From Polymyxa betae A26-41 (Eukaryota > Protista > Endomyxa: Phytomyxea): 64,000 nt of DNA. Shown in pieces: positions 37,784-48,732 of this stretch. The position numbers and the translations under genes are program-made. The stretch is taken from the NCBI GenBank assembly GCA_003693705.1, contig RBZT01000620.1, positions 1 through 64,000 of the forward strand, given 5' to 3'. The notes under the pieces are model-generated. The model made no database searches. It was given only the letters and a program-made list of their open reading frames with translations, and was not told the origin of the DNA. Position 1 is the first letter of the stretch. The number at the start of each line of letters is the position of its first letter.

Positions 37784-38675
37784 ATGAAGGCAGTACTGTT
37801 CCTTGTGCTGGTGCTAGGAGCTTTTGCAACATATCCTGACGGCGAAGGTAATATCATACTCTGTTCAATAATGTCTATGAGCCTTATATATGGATACAAT
37901 AGAATCTAGCCGTCGGCGACAAGTCTGTCAGACTGGCCCTAAACAAGGTTGTGATGAAGTGATTATTGATAACTGTCCGCCCTGTCCAAGTCCTAATTCT
38001 TCACCTTGCACTTCTTCAAGCGATTGCAAGAAGAAACGACGAGGTTGCATAGCCGGTGCAACTGCTTGCTGCGTCACTGGATGGAGCTTATTAGGGTTGT
38101 TGGTGCTGTTTCTCATCATCTTCTGCAGCATTTATGGCAAACGCTTCCATTGGCTCTTTATTCCTCCTCTAGCATTACCCTGTGTATTACCACCAGCGCC
38201 TGCATTAACTCCTTATGCACCTCCAACTCCAATTACGCCCTACTTCCCTCCGGTCTATGGCCAACCACCACCTCATCTTCCTCCTATTAGTTACATCCCT
38301 CCCCCTTTCACGCCTTCGCCGCCTCCTAACAATCAATACGCTCCACCTCCAAAAGCACCGACGCCTCCTCCAAAAGCACCGACGCCTCCTCCTAAGGACA
38401 GCTCACCTCCTCCTCCTCCTACGGACAGCTCACCTCCTCCTCCTCCTAAGGAGAACTACTCACCTCCTTCTCCTAAGAGCTACACGCCTTCTTATCCTCC
38501 TGACAACAACTACAAGCCTCCTAAGGGCAGCTACAAACCTACTCCTAAGAGCTACACGCCTTCGTATTCTCCTGACAACAGCTACAAGCCTCCTAAGGGC
38601 AGCTACGAGCCTCCTTGCGATGACAACAACCCACCACCTCTTCCTCGTAAAGTTTCCCCTGGAACCGGATACTGA
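37784..38675 (+). CDS. Signal peptide + Cys-rich segment + TM helix + extensin-like Pro/Ser/Tyr/Lys repeat protein
   Basis: Exon 1 is MKAVLFLVLVLGAFA; intron 37848-37902. TM is WSLLGLLVLFLIIFCSIY. Repeats include SSPPPPP, PPPKAPT and SYTPSYxPDNxYKPPKGSY. Confidence 0.82.
38340..38615 (+). repeat. Coding tandem repeats (21-, 27- and 63-bp units) in the extensin-like gene
   Basis: cctccaaaagcaccgacgcct x2; ggacagctcacctcctcctcctcct x2; ctaagagctacacgccttc...ctacaagcctcctaagggcagctac x2. Confidence 0.85.
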
Positions 38676-39078
38676 AGAGTTCCAGATGATATTCACTGCT
38701 TTCCCATTTCATATTTTTCAATCCATAATCCACAATCTATAAACGGCATCATTATTTCTCAAAAATACTGTTTCATTTAATGCAATTGGTAGAAGTGTTT
38801 TTGATAAACTTCTATGAGAGAGAGTGCTTGTAGATTTTGCATATCGATTTAAATCTGTGTCAAAGGTTCAGACAGTGTTTGAAATCGCCGAACTGACATA
38901 GACCGATCTATCAATAAATGACTGATCTGGAGTCTACAAGTAAAAAAGAGCGCAACTGGGGATCAAGGCAAGAAAACCAACAGGGGACGGTCGTACACTA
39001 CCAGTATCGCGGAGAATTTTGGTTGATTATCAATTCTCTCAGGACTCAGGTGTGTCAGATCCTAATTTGGCATCTCCA

Positions 39079-39598
39079 ATGTATCTATTGTATATACTCG
39101 CGTCGGTATCGGCGACAATATTGGCCCAGATTCCATCACCAAAAACCGACTGTTCCTTTCCTTTAACAGTGCCAGTTATTTCAACGAAAGAAATTCAGTT
39201 TACAGAATTTCCACATCTACCAGGTCGGTCGCACTCGTCACAAGGATTCCCAATGCACATGTTTAGTTGTGATTGTAGGTTGCCAGAAGTCAATTATGGC
39301 GACGCCGCCTTCTATCGTGATCGACATTGATAAATGGGTGATCCCTGCTCCAGCACATTTTCTTCGTCACGAAAGAAAATATTCTGCTGTGATTCTCATA
39401 GTGATTCTTTTTATGATGGGACTCCTAATCTGGTCATTGGTTAAGATTGGATCTAGTACTAAGGCGATGATCAATGGGTTCCAGGACAATACCGATATTC
39501 GACTTTTGATCAGTGATCTTGTATCTGAAGTGAAAAGCTTTTTTCCAATGTGGCAAGGCACTTTCCAGGAGCCAGGTGATGCCTTGGTACAAACTTGA
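39079..39598 (+). CDS. Small type-I membrane protein, unknown function
   Basis: Signal peptide MYLLYILASVSATILA, one intron (~39223-39278), TM SAVILIVILFMMGLLIWSLV. Confidence 0.6.
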
Positions 39599-39996
39599 TA
39601 TCGGGCAGTAACTTTTTCTGTAATCATGTATTTAATATAGAGCCACAAAGTTGGATTTGATTTGATCATTGTCGATAGGGGCTTTGTAGCATATGGCCGA
39701 TAGTATTCAGGCATAGCCGTTAGAACTATCAGTACTATTTCTGGGCGACACATCATTTCATCACTCTTATGGTCAATTTTGATTTTATGTATTTCTTCTG
39801 ACCGCGCCGTACTCGCGTCTCATGCCTCTTTTGTGAGTATCGTCATGAGATTGACCCTTTGGTGGTTCGATGCCTTAGATAATATGGCGCGGCCCTCCCC
39901 ATTTGGGAGATTGGTGTTATTAATATATGCGCGGGCACCTCCAAACACTCTATAGGGTTACTGCGCCATATCATTTGTCATTTCCATCTTGTTATC

Positions 39997-41332
39997 ATGC
40001 AGGCCTGGATACATCCAACCTGGTCTCTAACCCGACGTCTGCTATCGACCTTCTCTCGGACCAAACCCCATCTTAATATCGGAACCATCGGTCACGTCGA
40101 TCATGGCAAGACTACTCTGACGGCGGCCTTGACAAAGGTCATGGCCGATGTCAATGGCGCAGGTGTGGCCAAGTCGTACGCCGATATCGACAAGGCCCCA
40201 GAAGAACGTGCACGTGGTATCACAATTAATTCGGCCCACGTTGAATATGAAACTGAGAACCGACACTACGCCCATGTCGATTGTCCAGGCCATGCTGATT
40301 ATGTCAAGAATATGATTACTGGCGCTGCACAGATGGAAGGTGGTATATTGGTGGTATCTGCACCTGATGGACCAATGCCTCAAACACGTGAACACATTCT
40401 CCTTGCTCGTCAGGTTTGTCTTTTCTAGCCACGTTTTGGGATATTTGGCCTCTCTTTGCAATGGCCCTGTAATATTTATCAAAATCGACTTTCGCTTAAG
40501 TCCTGTGTGTCAGGTCGGTATTCCGAATTTAGTTGTTTATCTGAACAAATGTGATCTGATGCAAGACGAAGAACTGTTAGAGCTGGTTGAGATGGAGATC
40601 CGTGAGCTTCTCGATTCCTATAAATATCCTGGAGATGAGGTTCCTATTGTTCGAGGATCAGCCCTCTCCGCTCTGAATGGCGATTCGTCGGCGCTGGGAA
40701 CACAATCGATTGTGAATTTAATGAAGACTGTTGACGAATACATTCCTGAACCTGTTCGAGAGAATGACAAGACCTTCATGATGCCTATTGAAGGTGTGTT
40801 CTCAATTGCTGGCCGAGGAACTGTATGTACTGGACGTATTGCCACCGGGAAGATTAAGACCGGTGACGAAGTTGAAGTTGTTGGTTTGTCGAATCAGACG
40901 ATTTCAACAACTTGTACTGGTGTGCAAATGTTCCACAAAGATATGGACTTTGGTCAATCTGGTGATAATGTTGGCATTCTGCTTCGTGGTGTCAAACGCG
41001 AAGATGTTCGTCGAGGCCAGGTTCTGTGCAAGCCAGGATCTCAGAAGGCTACGAAGAAGGTTAAAGCTGAGGTCTATGTCTTGACCAGGGAGGAAGGTGG
41101 ACGTCATACCGCCTTCGTCTCCAACTACAAACCGCAACTCTTCATTCGAACAGCAGATGTGACGGGGACCATTGAACTGCCGGAAGACACACCCATGGTG
41201 ATGCCCGGTGATAATGCTAACTTTACTATCTCGTTGCTGGAGCCGGTCGCCGTTGAGAAAGGAATGCGATTTGCCCTACGTGAGGGTGGACGAACTGTTG
41301 GAGCCGGTGTTATCACCGATATTCTCGATTAA
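39997..41332 (+). CDS. TUFM: Mitochondrial elongation factor Tu
   Basis: Transit-peptide-like N-terminus, [34 protein letters not shown]-terminal [10 protein letters not shown]; one intron ~40414-40513. Confidence 0.96.
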
Positions 41333-41426
41333 ACAATCGTCGTCGTAATATTCCTTCTCAAAGTCGCAATCACGTTGTAAATTCGACTATCTTTATTCAA
41401 TGATGATTGATAACGTACTAGTCCAT

Positions 41427-42008
41427 CTAAGTCCTGAATGCTGATGTGTATAAATCAAGAAGTGCCAGGGCTGTATCTTGATCTTGACAATTGTGTAGAT
41501 CGGGTTGTTCACCGACGATCGTGTCGTAATGGCCCAGTTCACCCCATGCGATTCGACCTTCCCTGAAGCCTTCAATTTCACCTCCGCCAACCATTATCAG
41601 ATCCTGATCGAACTTGCTCGTTTCGCCTTTCTGAAATTTCATCGGTTTCGGTTTATCTTCCGAATCCGAATGGGCCATATCTGGTCGTCGTGCTTCGTTA
41701 AGCCAGCGATATATGGTAGTTGTAGAGGCAACACCCGGAAAGTGGCTCAGTACGTCTACAACACGACATCTCCTTCCTTGATCAATCATAGCTGTAATAT
41801 ACGCTCTAGCCAGATTTCTATGATTAATATGACCAGGATTATCAACAGCTGCACGAGCTTGTGCTATCCAGCGATATATTGATCGGCATGTCGCAACATC
41901 GGCGAACTCTTGTTGAACTTGCTGAACTGTGATCTCTTGTCCTGTACGAATTTGTTCTGTAATGAAAGCCTTCGCAGACGCTAAGCGTTCGCCATTTCTC
42001 CGGGCCAT
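41427..42008 (-). CDS. Intronless orphan with two tandem helix-turn-helix-like repeats; putative DNA-binding protein
   Basis: Internal duplication AKAFITEQI...VATCRSIYRWIAQAR / ARAYITAMI...VASTTTIYRWLNEAR. The xTIYRW recognition helix is typical of HTH domains. Confidence 0.65.
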   Translation of the reverse strand: MARRNGERLASAKAFITEQIRTGQEITVQQVQQEFADVATCRSIYRWIAQARAAVDNPGHINHRNLARAYITAMIDQGRRCRVVDVLSHFPGVASTTTIYRWLNEARRPDMAHSDSEDKPKPMKFQKGETSKFDQDLIMVGGGEIEGFREGRIAWGELGHYDTIVGEQPDLHNCQDQDTALALLDLYTSAFRT

Positions 42009-42229
42009 TGTCGAGTCAACGACAAAAATCGCAAACGTGTTGCAACTGACGTAGATCAGTGAAGAGATCGGCCTGAGCGTACTAATGTCACAAGCGGAGA
42101 ATGCAACAGCAATTGAGCCGCGCTCGGTTGGGGAATCTCGGGTCGATCGTGATTATAGGCGGGTACCATATCGTGGGTAATGAAGTCGTTCATTTCCAAT
42201 CATATTTGCTCATGTCTTTCGACTTTTAT

Positions 42230-42814
42230 TTAACGAATCAAAAACATAGCGACAATGCTGCAAATGGTTACAAAGAAGATCACTGATTTTGAATCGGCTG
42301 ATGATCGCTGCGATTGTGGCTTCGATTTTGACAGTTTGTCCATCGATTGTTGATAGTCCTTGGCTTGAATTTTCTGACATCGAGATGGGTCGATATTGGC
42401 GAGAGCGACTCTTTGGTCGCGCGTCAGCATGTTTCTGCATACCATCGAACGAGCAAGAGCTTCTCGATATCCAGGCTGCTTGATGATTTTGTTCTTATCG
42501 GTTGCGAACTGCTTGAGTCCAGCTTCATGCTGCATCATGGCTTGTGAGTCGATATAGGCAGAACGACATTCGTCTGGACAGGCATTGCCGTCATTGGCCT
42601 GACATGTTGCTAGACGAAGGTAGAGATTGTAAATGGCGTCGGGGCAATCATATGCAGCAAGAGAACATTGATTAGAATTCCAGACACAATAATCGGTCTT
42701 CTGACAGGTCGATTGTGAATTGAATCGGCCACAATCGTCTTCAGTAACACCATCCAGGGGAATGCTGCTGACACTGACAACACACAAAACAAACGAGATG
42801 ATGATCGGTGTCAT
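42230..42814 (-). CDS. Small secreted Cys-rich protein with C-terminal GPI-anchor/TM signal
   Basis: Signal MTPIIISFVLCVVSVSS, ~10 Cys in the mature part, and C-terminal SSADSK + VIFFVTICSIVAMFLIR. Confidence 0.75.
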   Translation of the reverse strand: MTPIIISFVLCVVSVSSIPLDGVTEDDCGRFNSQSTCQKTDYCVWNSNQCSLAAYDCPDAIYNLYLRLATCQANDGNACPDECRSAYIDSQAMMQHEAGLKQFATDKNKIIKQPGYREALARSMVCRNMLTRDQRVALANIDPSRCQKIQAKDYQQSMDKLSKSKPQSQRSSADSKSVIFFVTICSIVAMFLIR

Positions 42815-42960
42815 TGTCAAGATACTTTTCGGATTGAGATGGAAGTTCAAGTTCCGATGGCCTTTGGGGGTTCGGGGAGTGAGTCACGTTTAAACATGAT
42901 TATGCAAGGGCTAATCAATCATAATGGATTAAACAAACAGTAAAATTAAATTTATTTGAA

Positions 42961-45900
42961 TCATGTCAGAATAGGGTAAACTTGTGAATGAGTCCTTGAG
43001 GTGGAAGGAACTGAATTTGTTCCTGCAACATCACGATTGGGATAGACAACATTCACACCCGATGACGATGGGTAGCCATTAGTTACTGGTGTAGATGGGT
43101 ACAAGTTCATTGTCGACGTTGATGGAAGATCATTGGCTATTCCGGTCGACGGAAAACAATTCACAATCGATATCGATGGATTATTGTTCATCGTTGCAAT
43201 CGTTGGGTTGTACTTGTTCATTGAGTTCCCAGTCGATGATTGACTGCTGATTCGATTGTCAATACCAGGAGTCGGTACAACATTCCGCGAACGACGTCCT
43301 GCAGGGAAAGTACTCACTGTTGCCACTGATGGAGTATTCGACGAGCGCTTCTTGTTGGTGCTGTATTCGCATTGACGGCACATATCGGTTGCAATGTCCT
43401 CGCTTATCGATAGAGCTTTAACATTGGCGTTATTAGGACCACCAAGACCACATGCAATAACCGTCAATAGATCATGATCATATCCATCAAGAACACTCTT
43501 AGTTAGAGCACCAATCAGATAGGAATCCAAGGCGTACTGGATCTTGTCCAATGAGTCTTTAAGCGTTATCGATGACATGTTGCATTGACATCCATAAACA
43601 GAACCGCGACCAGTTAATGGTGGAATCATTGGGGGAACAAATCCTGCAATGTAAGGCGTTGTTGTTGGTAGTGCCGGCGTCGCTGTCGGTACTGTTGGCA
43701 TCGTTGTAAACGTGGGAATGTTCACTGTTGGCCGTGAAACATTGTATGGTGGTGGCGTTAGAAGCAGGAATGGAATATCAATTGGAGCCTTGGTAATTGG
43801 AGGACGGGTCGAATTCGTTGACGATTGATCAGGGGTTTGTAATACACCCAGTGCGCTCGAACCATTATTGGTTGGCTTTGGAGTAGAAGACAATGGTGAG
43901 GGTGATGGCAGATAGGCTCCAGATGAATTGTTTGTTGAAGGTGGTGATGCTGGAGATGAAGCATTGTTAATAAGAGGAATGGTAGTAGTAGTAGTATTGG
44001 GTATTGAGGTATTAGGATTTATAGTAGGTGATGATGTAGAGTTCCCAATACCTGATGGACTATTAGGTGAGGTCGTCGGTGCATTTGATTGCAGAACACC
44101 AGCCGAGAAGTTGCTGGGCGATGTTGTGAACTGTGCTGGACGAGGGTCTGTCGTGTAGCCTGGAGAAGAAGATGTAGCAGGTTGTTGAGGTGATGAAGTC
44201 ATCTGTGTAGTAGGTGCTGATTCATTACCAGGTGTTGAGGTTGGAATAGACACGATAGGAATGGGTGAGGTTGTTATGGCTACAGCAGGAGAAGTTGGAG
44301 ACCAAGAGCCATTGGAGCCCATAGGAGGTGCTGGAGCTGATGTCATAGGCGCTGCTGTAGTATAATTGCTGGTTGGAGCTGGAGTAGGAACTGTAGGGAT
44401 TGGTGATGGAGTTCCTGCAACAAAACTGCTGGTTGGAGCTGGAGTAGGAATTGAAGGAATTGGTGATGGATTTCCTGAACCAGGTACTGAAGTTGCTGAG
44501 AATGAACTTGGTGGAGTCGTAATGGTTTTACCAAGTGTGGAATTTCCAGCAGGTGATGGTGTCTGTGGTGTCTGTGGAATTGGAGATGTCGTGGGCACCG
44601 TTGAAGACAATAATGGCGATGTTGTAGGCATTGTCGTTGTGGATTGGGGAGTATCATTACCTAACCCAGATTAATACAGGTTTCATATAAACGAATGAAT
44701 GAATTACCAGAAGGTGATGGTGTTGGGACTGGAGAAATGCTTTGTGATGGGTAGACAGAAGGAGCTGATGTCCAGTTGCCAGGTGCTGTAGTAGGTGATG
44801 AACTCGATGATGGCGTTGGCTGCTGAGTTGCTGGTAAAGCAGAACCACCAGTAGGAACAGGACTACTTGGCGGTGACGACGTCATTGGGCGTCCTGTTGC
44901 AGGCACTGGTTCAAAACCCGTTGGCACAGGCGTTGTTGGCACAGGCGTCGACATGTCGAATGACGTAAGCGGACGTGGAGTATACGAAGGGAAGTTGACG
45001 CCCTCAAAGACATCACCGACTGGTTTATAGTGATGCTCGTACAGCGGCTTGTGCGATGACACTGGCTCCATAGACGATGGCGAAGATGACGGTATTGTTG
45101 TGGCAAACGGAGACGTCGGCATCGTCGTGGAAGGCGAAGACGTCGGCATCGTGGAAGGCGAAGACGTCGGCATCGTGGAAGGCGAAGACGTCGGCATCGT
45201 GGAAGGCGAAGACGTCGGCATCGTGGAAGGCGAAGACGTCGGCAATGTGGTAGGTTGTGAAGATGCCACTGGTGATGCCGAGGGTGAATAAGTGACCAAT
45301 TGCGATAAAGGCGCCGAAGTAGAAGCTGAAGTCGGCAAAGCTGAAGACGAAGGCAAAGCTGAAGACGGGAATTCCAAATCTTGAGGAGCGCCTGTCTTCT
45401 TCTCATATAGGCTTTGTTTGGCCGGTTTCTTGTACATAGCACGGTTTTTAGCGCGATATTGGTTAGAGGAGATGCTGGATAGTTTGGTGACATCAAGGAT
45501 GGATGTTGTGTTGAGTGGATGATCCCATTCCACAGACATACAGGCAGCACAGATAATCGATGCCGGATTACGTTGTAAGGCATCGGCGGCGAGTTCCACC
45601 TTCTGCCGGTTCTCAATCACGGTCACAAACGAATCCATATTGGCCTTGGCGACAGCAGGACTGCCTCCTGATGCAATATCGTCAGCGCAGGATTCAACAT
45701 AGCCAGCAAACAGGCTGTCGGCAACCAGACGAGCATGATCGCGACCGCTGCATTCTGCAATGACAGCGTCACGAGCTTCAGGCGATGCAAAAGCTGCCAG
45801 AGGGGACATGGTGCTAGCAGCACTGGTGTAGGGAGAAACAGCAGGAATCTGAGCAGCGACTGGAGCGGATGCCATAGCGCCGCAACGACGTTGTGGTTGG

Positions 45901-46472
45901 ATAGCACGGAATGGCACGACAGCAATGGTTTCAGCTACAGGAACAGTTTGTGGACCTTGACATGAACCACAAGCTCCAGAGCATGAGGTTACATTCGAGG
46001 CAGTAATAGTTAGCGAATTCAGCGACGACTCAATAAGGATGAAACGTTCTGCGTCGCGTTGCGTAATTTCGATCGTGATGGTGTCGTCGTCGACAGCGTG
46101 GCAGGCTAGACCAAGCGCTGGGTCGACGTTGGCGGAGACAAACTCTTCAAGCGAGGTAACAGGAAGAACCTGACCCCAGATTGAGACGTGCCCAGCCTGA
46201 TTTCCATGGACAATATCGACAGCACATTGTGAATTAGTCGAACTAATTAGGAATCGGCATGATGAAATCGAAGATTGGGCAGAAGACGTTTGGTTAATGT
46301 CGCATTGAACATCGAGTCCAGTTGTGGAGAAGATGTCGGCAAGGCCGGCTCCTGTCAAAATATGGCGTGTAGTCCCATCAGTCATAAGGACGTGAGATTG
46401 GCCATGAAGCGAACAGACCAGAGGGTCAGCAGCGAAAGCGACACCCGCCAACAGGAACAGGACGACGATCAT
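42961..46472 (-). CDS. Large secreted mucin-like protein: VWD-like + C8-like N-terminus, S/T/P-rich repeats, small Cys domain
   Basis: Signal MIVVLFLLAGVAFA; CSLHGQSHVLMTDG (VWD GDPH-type start), CSGACGSC, ECSGRDH...YVESCADD, ICAACMSVEW. The intron 44661-44707 joins the two ORFs in frame. Confidence 0.8.
45112..45243 (-). repeat. 24-bp coding tandem repeat (TSSPSTMP) x~5
   Basis: gacgtcggcatcgtggaaggcgaa repeated on the + strand. Confidence 0.9.
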
Positions 46473-46889
46473 TGAATAATTAAATAATATGCTGCTTACA
46501 ATTAAATTAGAATTGTGAGGAATTGTTAGTGAGAGATAACGAACATAAATTGCCACATGGCATGGGAATGAAATGACAGTTGAGTCACAACTCCTCACGA
46601 AATAAACAATAAGATCACGCATGACTCACTTGAACCTAGCTATTGCACGATTTTGTCTTTCACAAAACCCGAAAAGATATTAGCATTTACGCATTAGCAA
46701 ATCATACAGCGAAAAATTGAGTAAATGGAGTATTTTGAATTAAATGTTAACCGCATCGATTTGCATGCGGATTGAAGAACTCCCGAATTCAAAAACGTTA
46801 AGTCTAGTGGACACATGCCACACGAGGAAATGCAGGAACAGTGAAAGAATACCCATTTCATTCCCTAGGAGTATGGCATTTTAGATATA

Positions 46890-47734
46890 TTAAGAACGCT
46901 TACATCGCACGGTAGCGCCAGCAAGTCCACAGGATTCAATAGTTGCTTCAGCATCCTTTAATGGCTTTGGGGGAAACCCCCCAACCAGTTCGAATGCTGA
47001 GGTGTCCCCAGTCTCACTGCAGTTTCAGCTTAGAACAAAGAATTAAAAGAACAGTAAAACCATACGCCATGATATGCTGATATAGGTCGAGAATAGTGTG
47101 AGTCTGCGGGTTAACGACAATTCGAAGACGTGACCCGTCCATAACGACAACTTGAACAGCAGCAGTTCTGGCAGCGTTATCAACTGTAATAGCTGTAGGC
47201 CGTGCAGAGTCGAACTGCTGCCTAGGAGCAGAAGCCGATACTGAGCTAAGCGAATGCCCTTGGCCAGTGAAAGCTCTGAAAGGAGGGACATAAGTTTCCG
47301 ATCGCTTATCGATCAGATCAACGCCAACATCTACAGTACTCGAACTGCTTCTAACTTGCTCTTCCAACTCCTCTGGTACAACGCCCTGTGACAAAGACTG
47401 CATAAACGCTTGATTAGCAGGATCTTGCATATCCCTCCATTGCTCCCGACCAGACTCCGATATCAAGAATCCATTAGCATAAACAGTGATCATCATTAAA
47501 GGTTCTGAAACTCTGCCTCTTCTGCAGAGATGTATTAGCCATTGCTGCGGTGGTCTCAAGTACTAACCCATCCTGTGCCTGCGCAGCTCCTCGGCGAATC
47601 ACTTCATCAGCAATGTTTTGTGAGACGGGACGAAGAACAGCAGTGCCGCTTTGGGCGCCTCCTTGTTGGAACTCTTCAACCTTCTGATCGTCCTGTTTTT
47701 TCTTGTTCTCGTCAAATAGTGTCTTGAACCCCAT
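46890..47734 (-). CDS. SEP-SHP-UBX p97/Cdc48 cofactor (p47/Shp1/UBXN2 family)
   Basis: GGAQSGTAV, SEP domain ITVYANGF...DPANQAFMQSLSQGVVPEEL, SHP box FRAFTGQGHSL, UBX with GGFPPKPL; 2 introns. Confidence 0.88.
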
Positions 47735-47964
47735 GTTGAATGTTGAAGACAATTTTGAGAATAAGATTTGCGCAGCCAAGATGATGTTATTAAGAACGAG
47801 CGCAGCCCTTGTAGTTTCTTGCCTGTCGTGTGGGTAACGTTATCGTAATGATTTGTGGACATGGAATTACCGGTATCCTCGTTGGATATATATTACAGCT
47901 GAGATTTTTCGTTGTACAAAATTGATAGAATGGGGCACACGAATGACTCTAATTATCTAACATC

Positions 47965-48649
47965 ATGACAGAGCCGGACAGCACCATTTTAGCGACTAGC
48001 GGGCCCCCTCTAGATTATTCTTTTCAGGAGCTGAGATCGCTCAAAGGCAACAAACCGCTTCTGCTTAATGCCATCAGAAAATTAATACGATGCAGATTTA
48101 GGTTCCCATGAACCGATAATGGGAACTCGAATCCGGAAACCGAAATCCCCCCGTGCTAATGAGAAAATTGGGGCAAGGCCATCCGAACGGCTTCATGTTG
48201 TCAAGATACGCGAGATTACTACTGCAATTCGTCTAGCGTATAATTCCCTGCAATCACTGGAGGGGCTTGCTGAAGAAGCATCCATTGTCATAGAGGACTG
48301 CTCTATGATATCCTGGGTTGATCTATCGCATAATCAGCTCGAGTCTATCGGGAATGTTTTAGGTTGTTTTCCCAATCTTCGGGCCCTTTATCTACATGGA
48401 AATCGCATCAGTCGCTTAGCTCCTTTTCTTGAACAAGTGTCGCTTTCCTGTCCTAACTTGAGAAAGTTGACATTGTTCGGGAACCCTGTTGAAGAGAAGA
48501 AGTTCTATCGGTGGAATGTCGTTCATGCTTTCCCGCAGCTACAATCTTTGGACTTCATTCGCGTAACTAAATCTGACAGAATTCTCGCTGAAATATGGTC
48601 GCACACTCACAAGCGAAAAACCGAGACAAAGTCCAATAGTCCAAACTGA
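47965..48649 (+). CDS. LRRC51: Leucine-rich repeat protein 51-like (cilium-associated)
   Basis: GPPLDYSFQ, WVDLSHNQL, LRALYLHGNRI, LRKLTLFGNPVEE, LQSLDFIRVTKSDR; GC-AG intron 48047-48095. Confidence 0.85.
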
Positions 48650-48732
48650 AGAAATAACAAATCAACAGCAAAACATCAGCATCTGAAATGACTAAATCAT
48701 CATCTGTATTACGCAGGTTGCCAGGGTTAGAA

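Noticed and set aside
39997-41332. Bacterial-like tuf as contamination or HGT
   Set aside because: It has a spliceosomal intron and an N-terminal targeting-like extension: an ordinary nuclear-encoded mitochondrial EF-Tu.
44631-44707. Apparent frameshift or two separate mucin ORFs
   Set aside because: A 47-nt GT-AG intron (44707-44661) joins them in frame; no recoding is needed.
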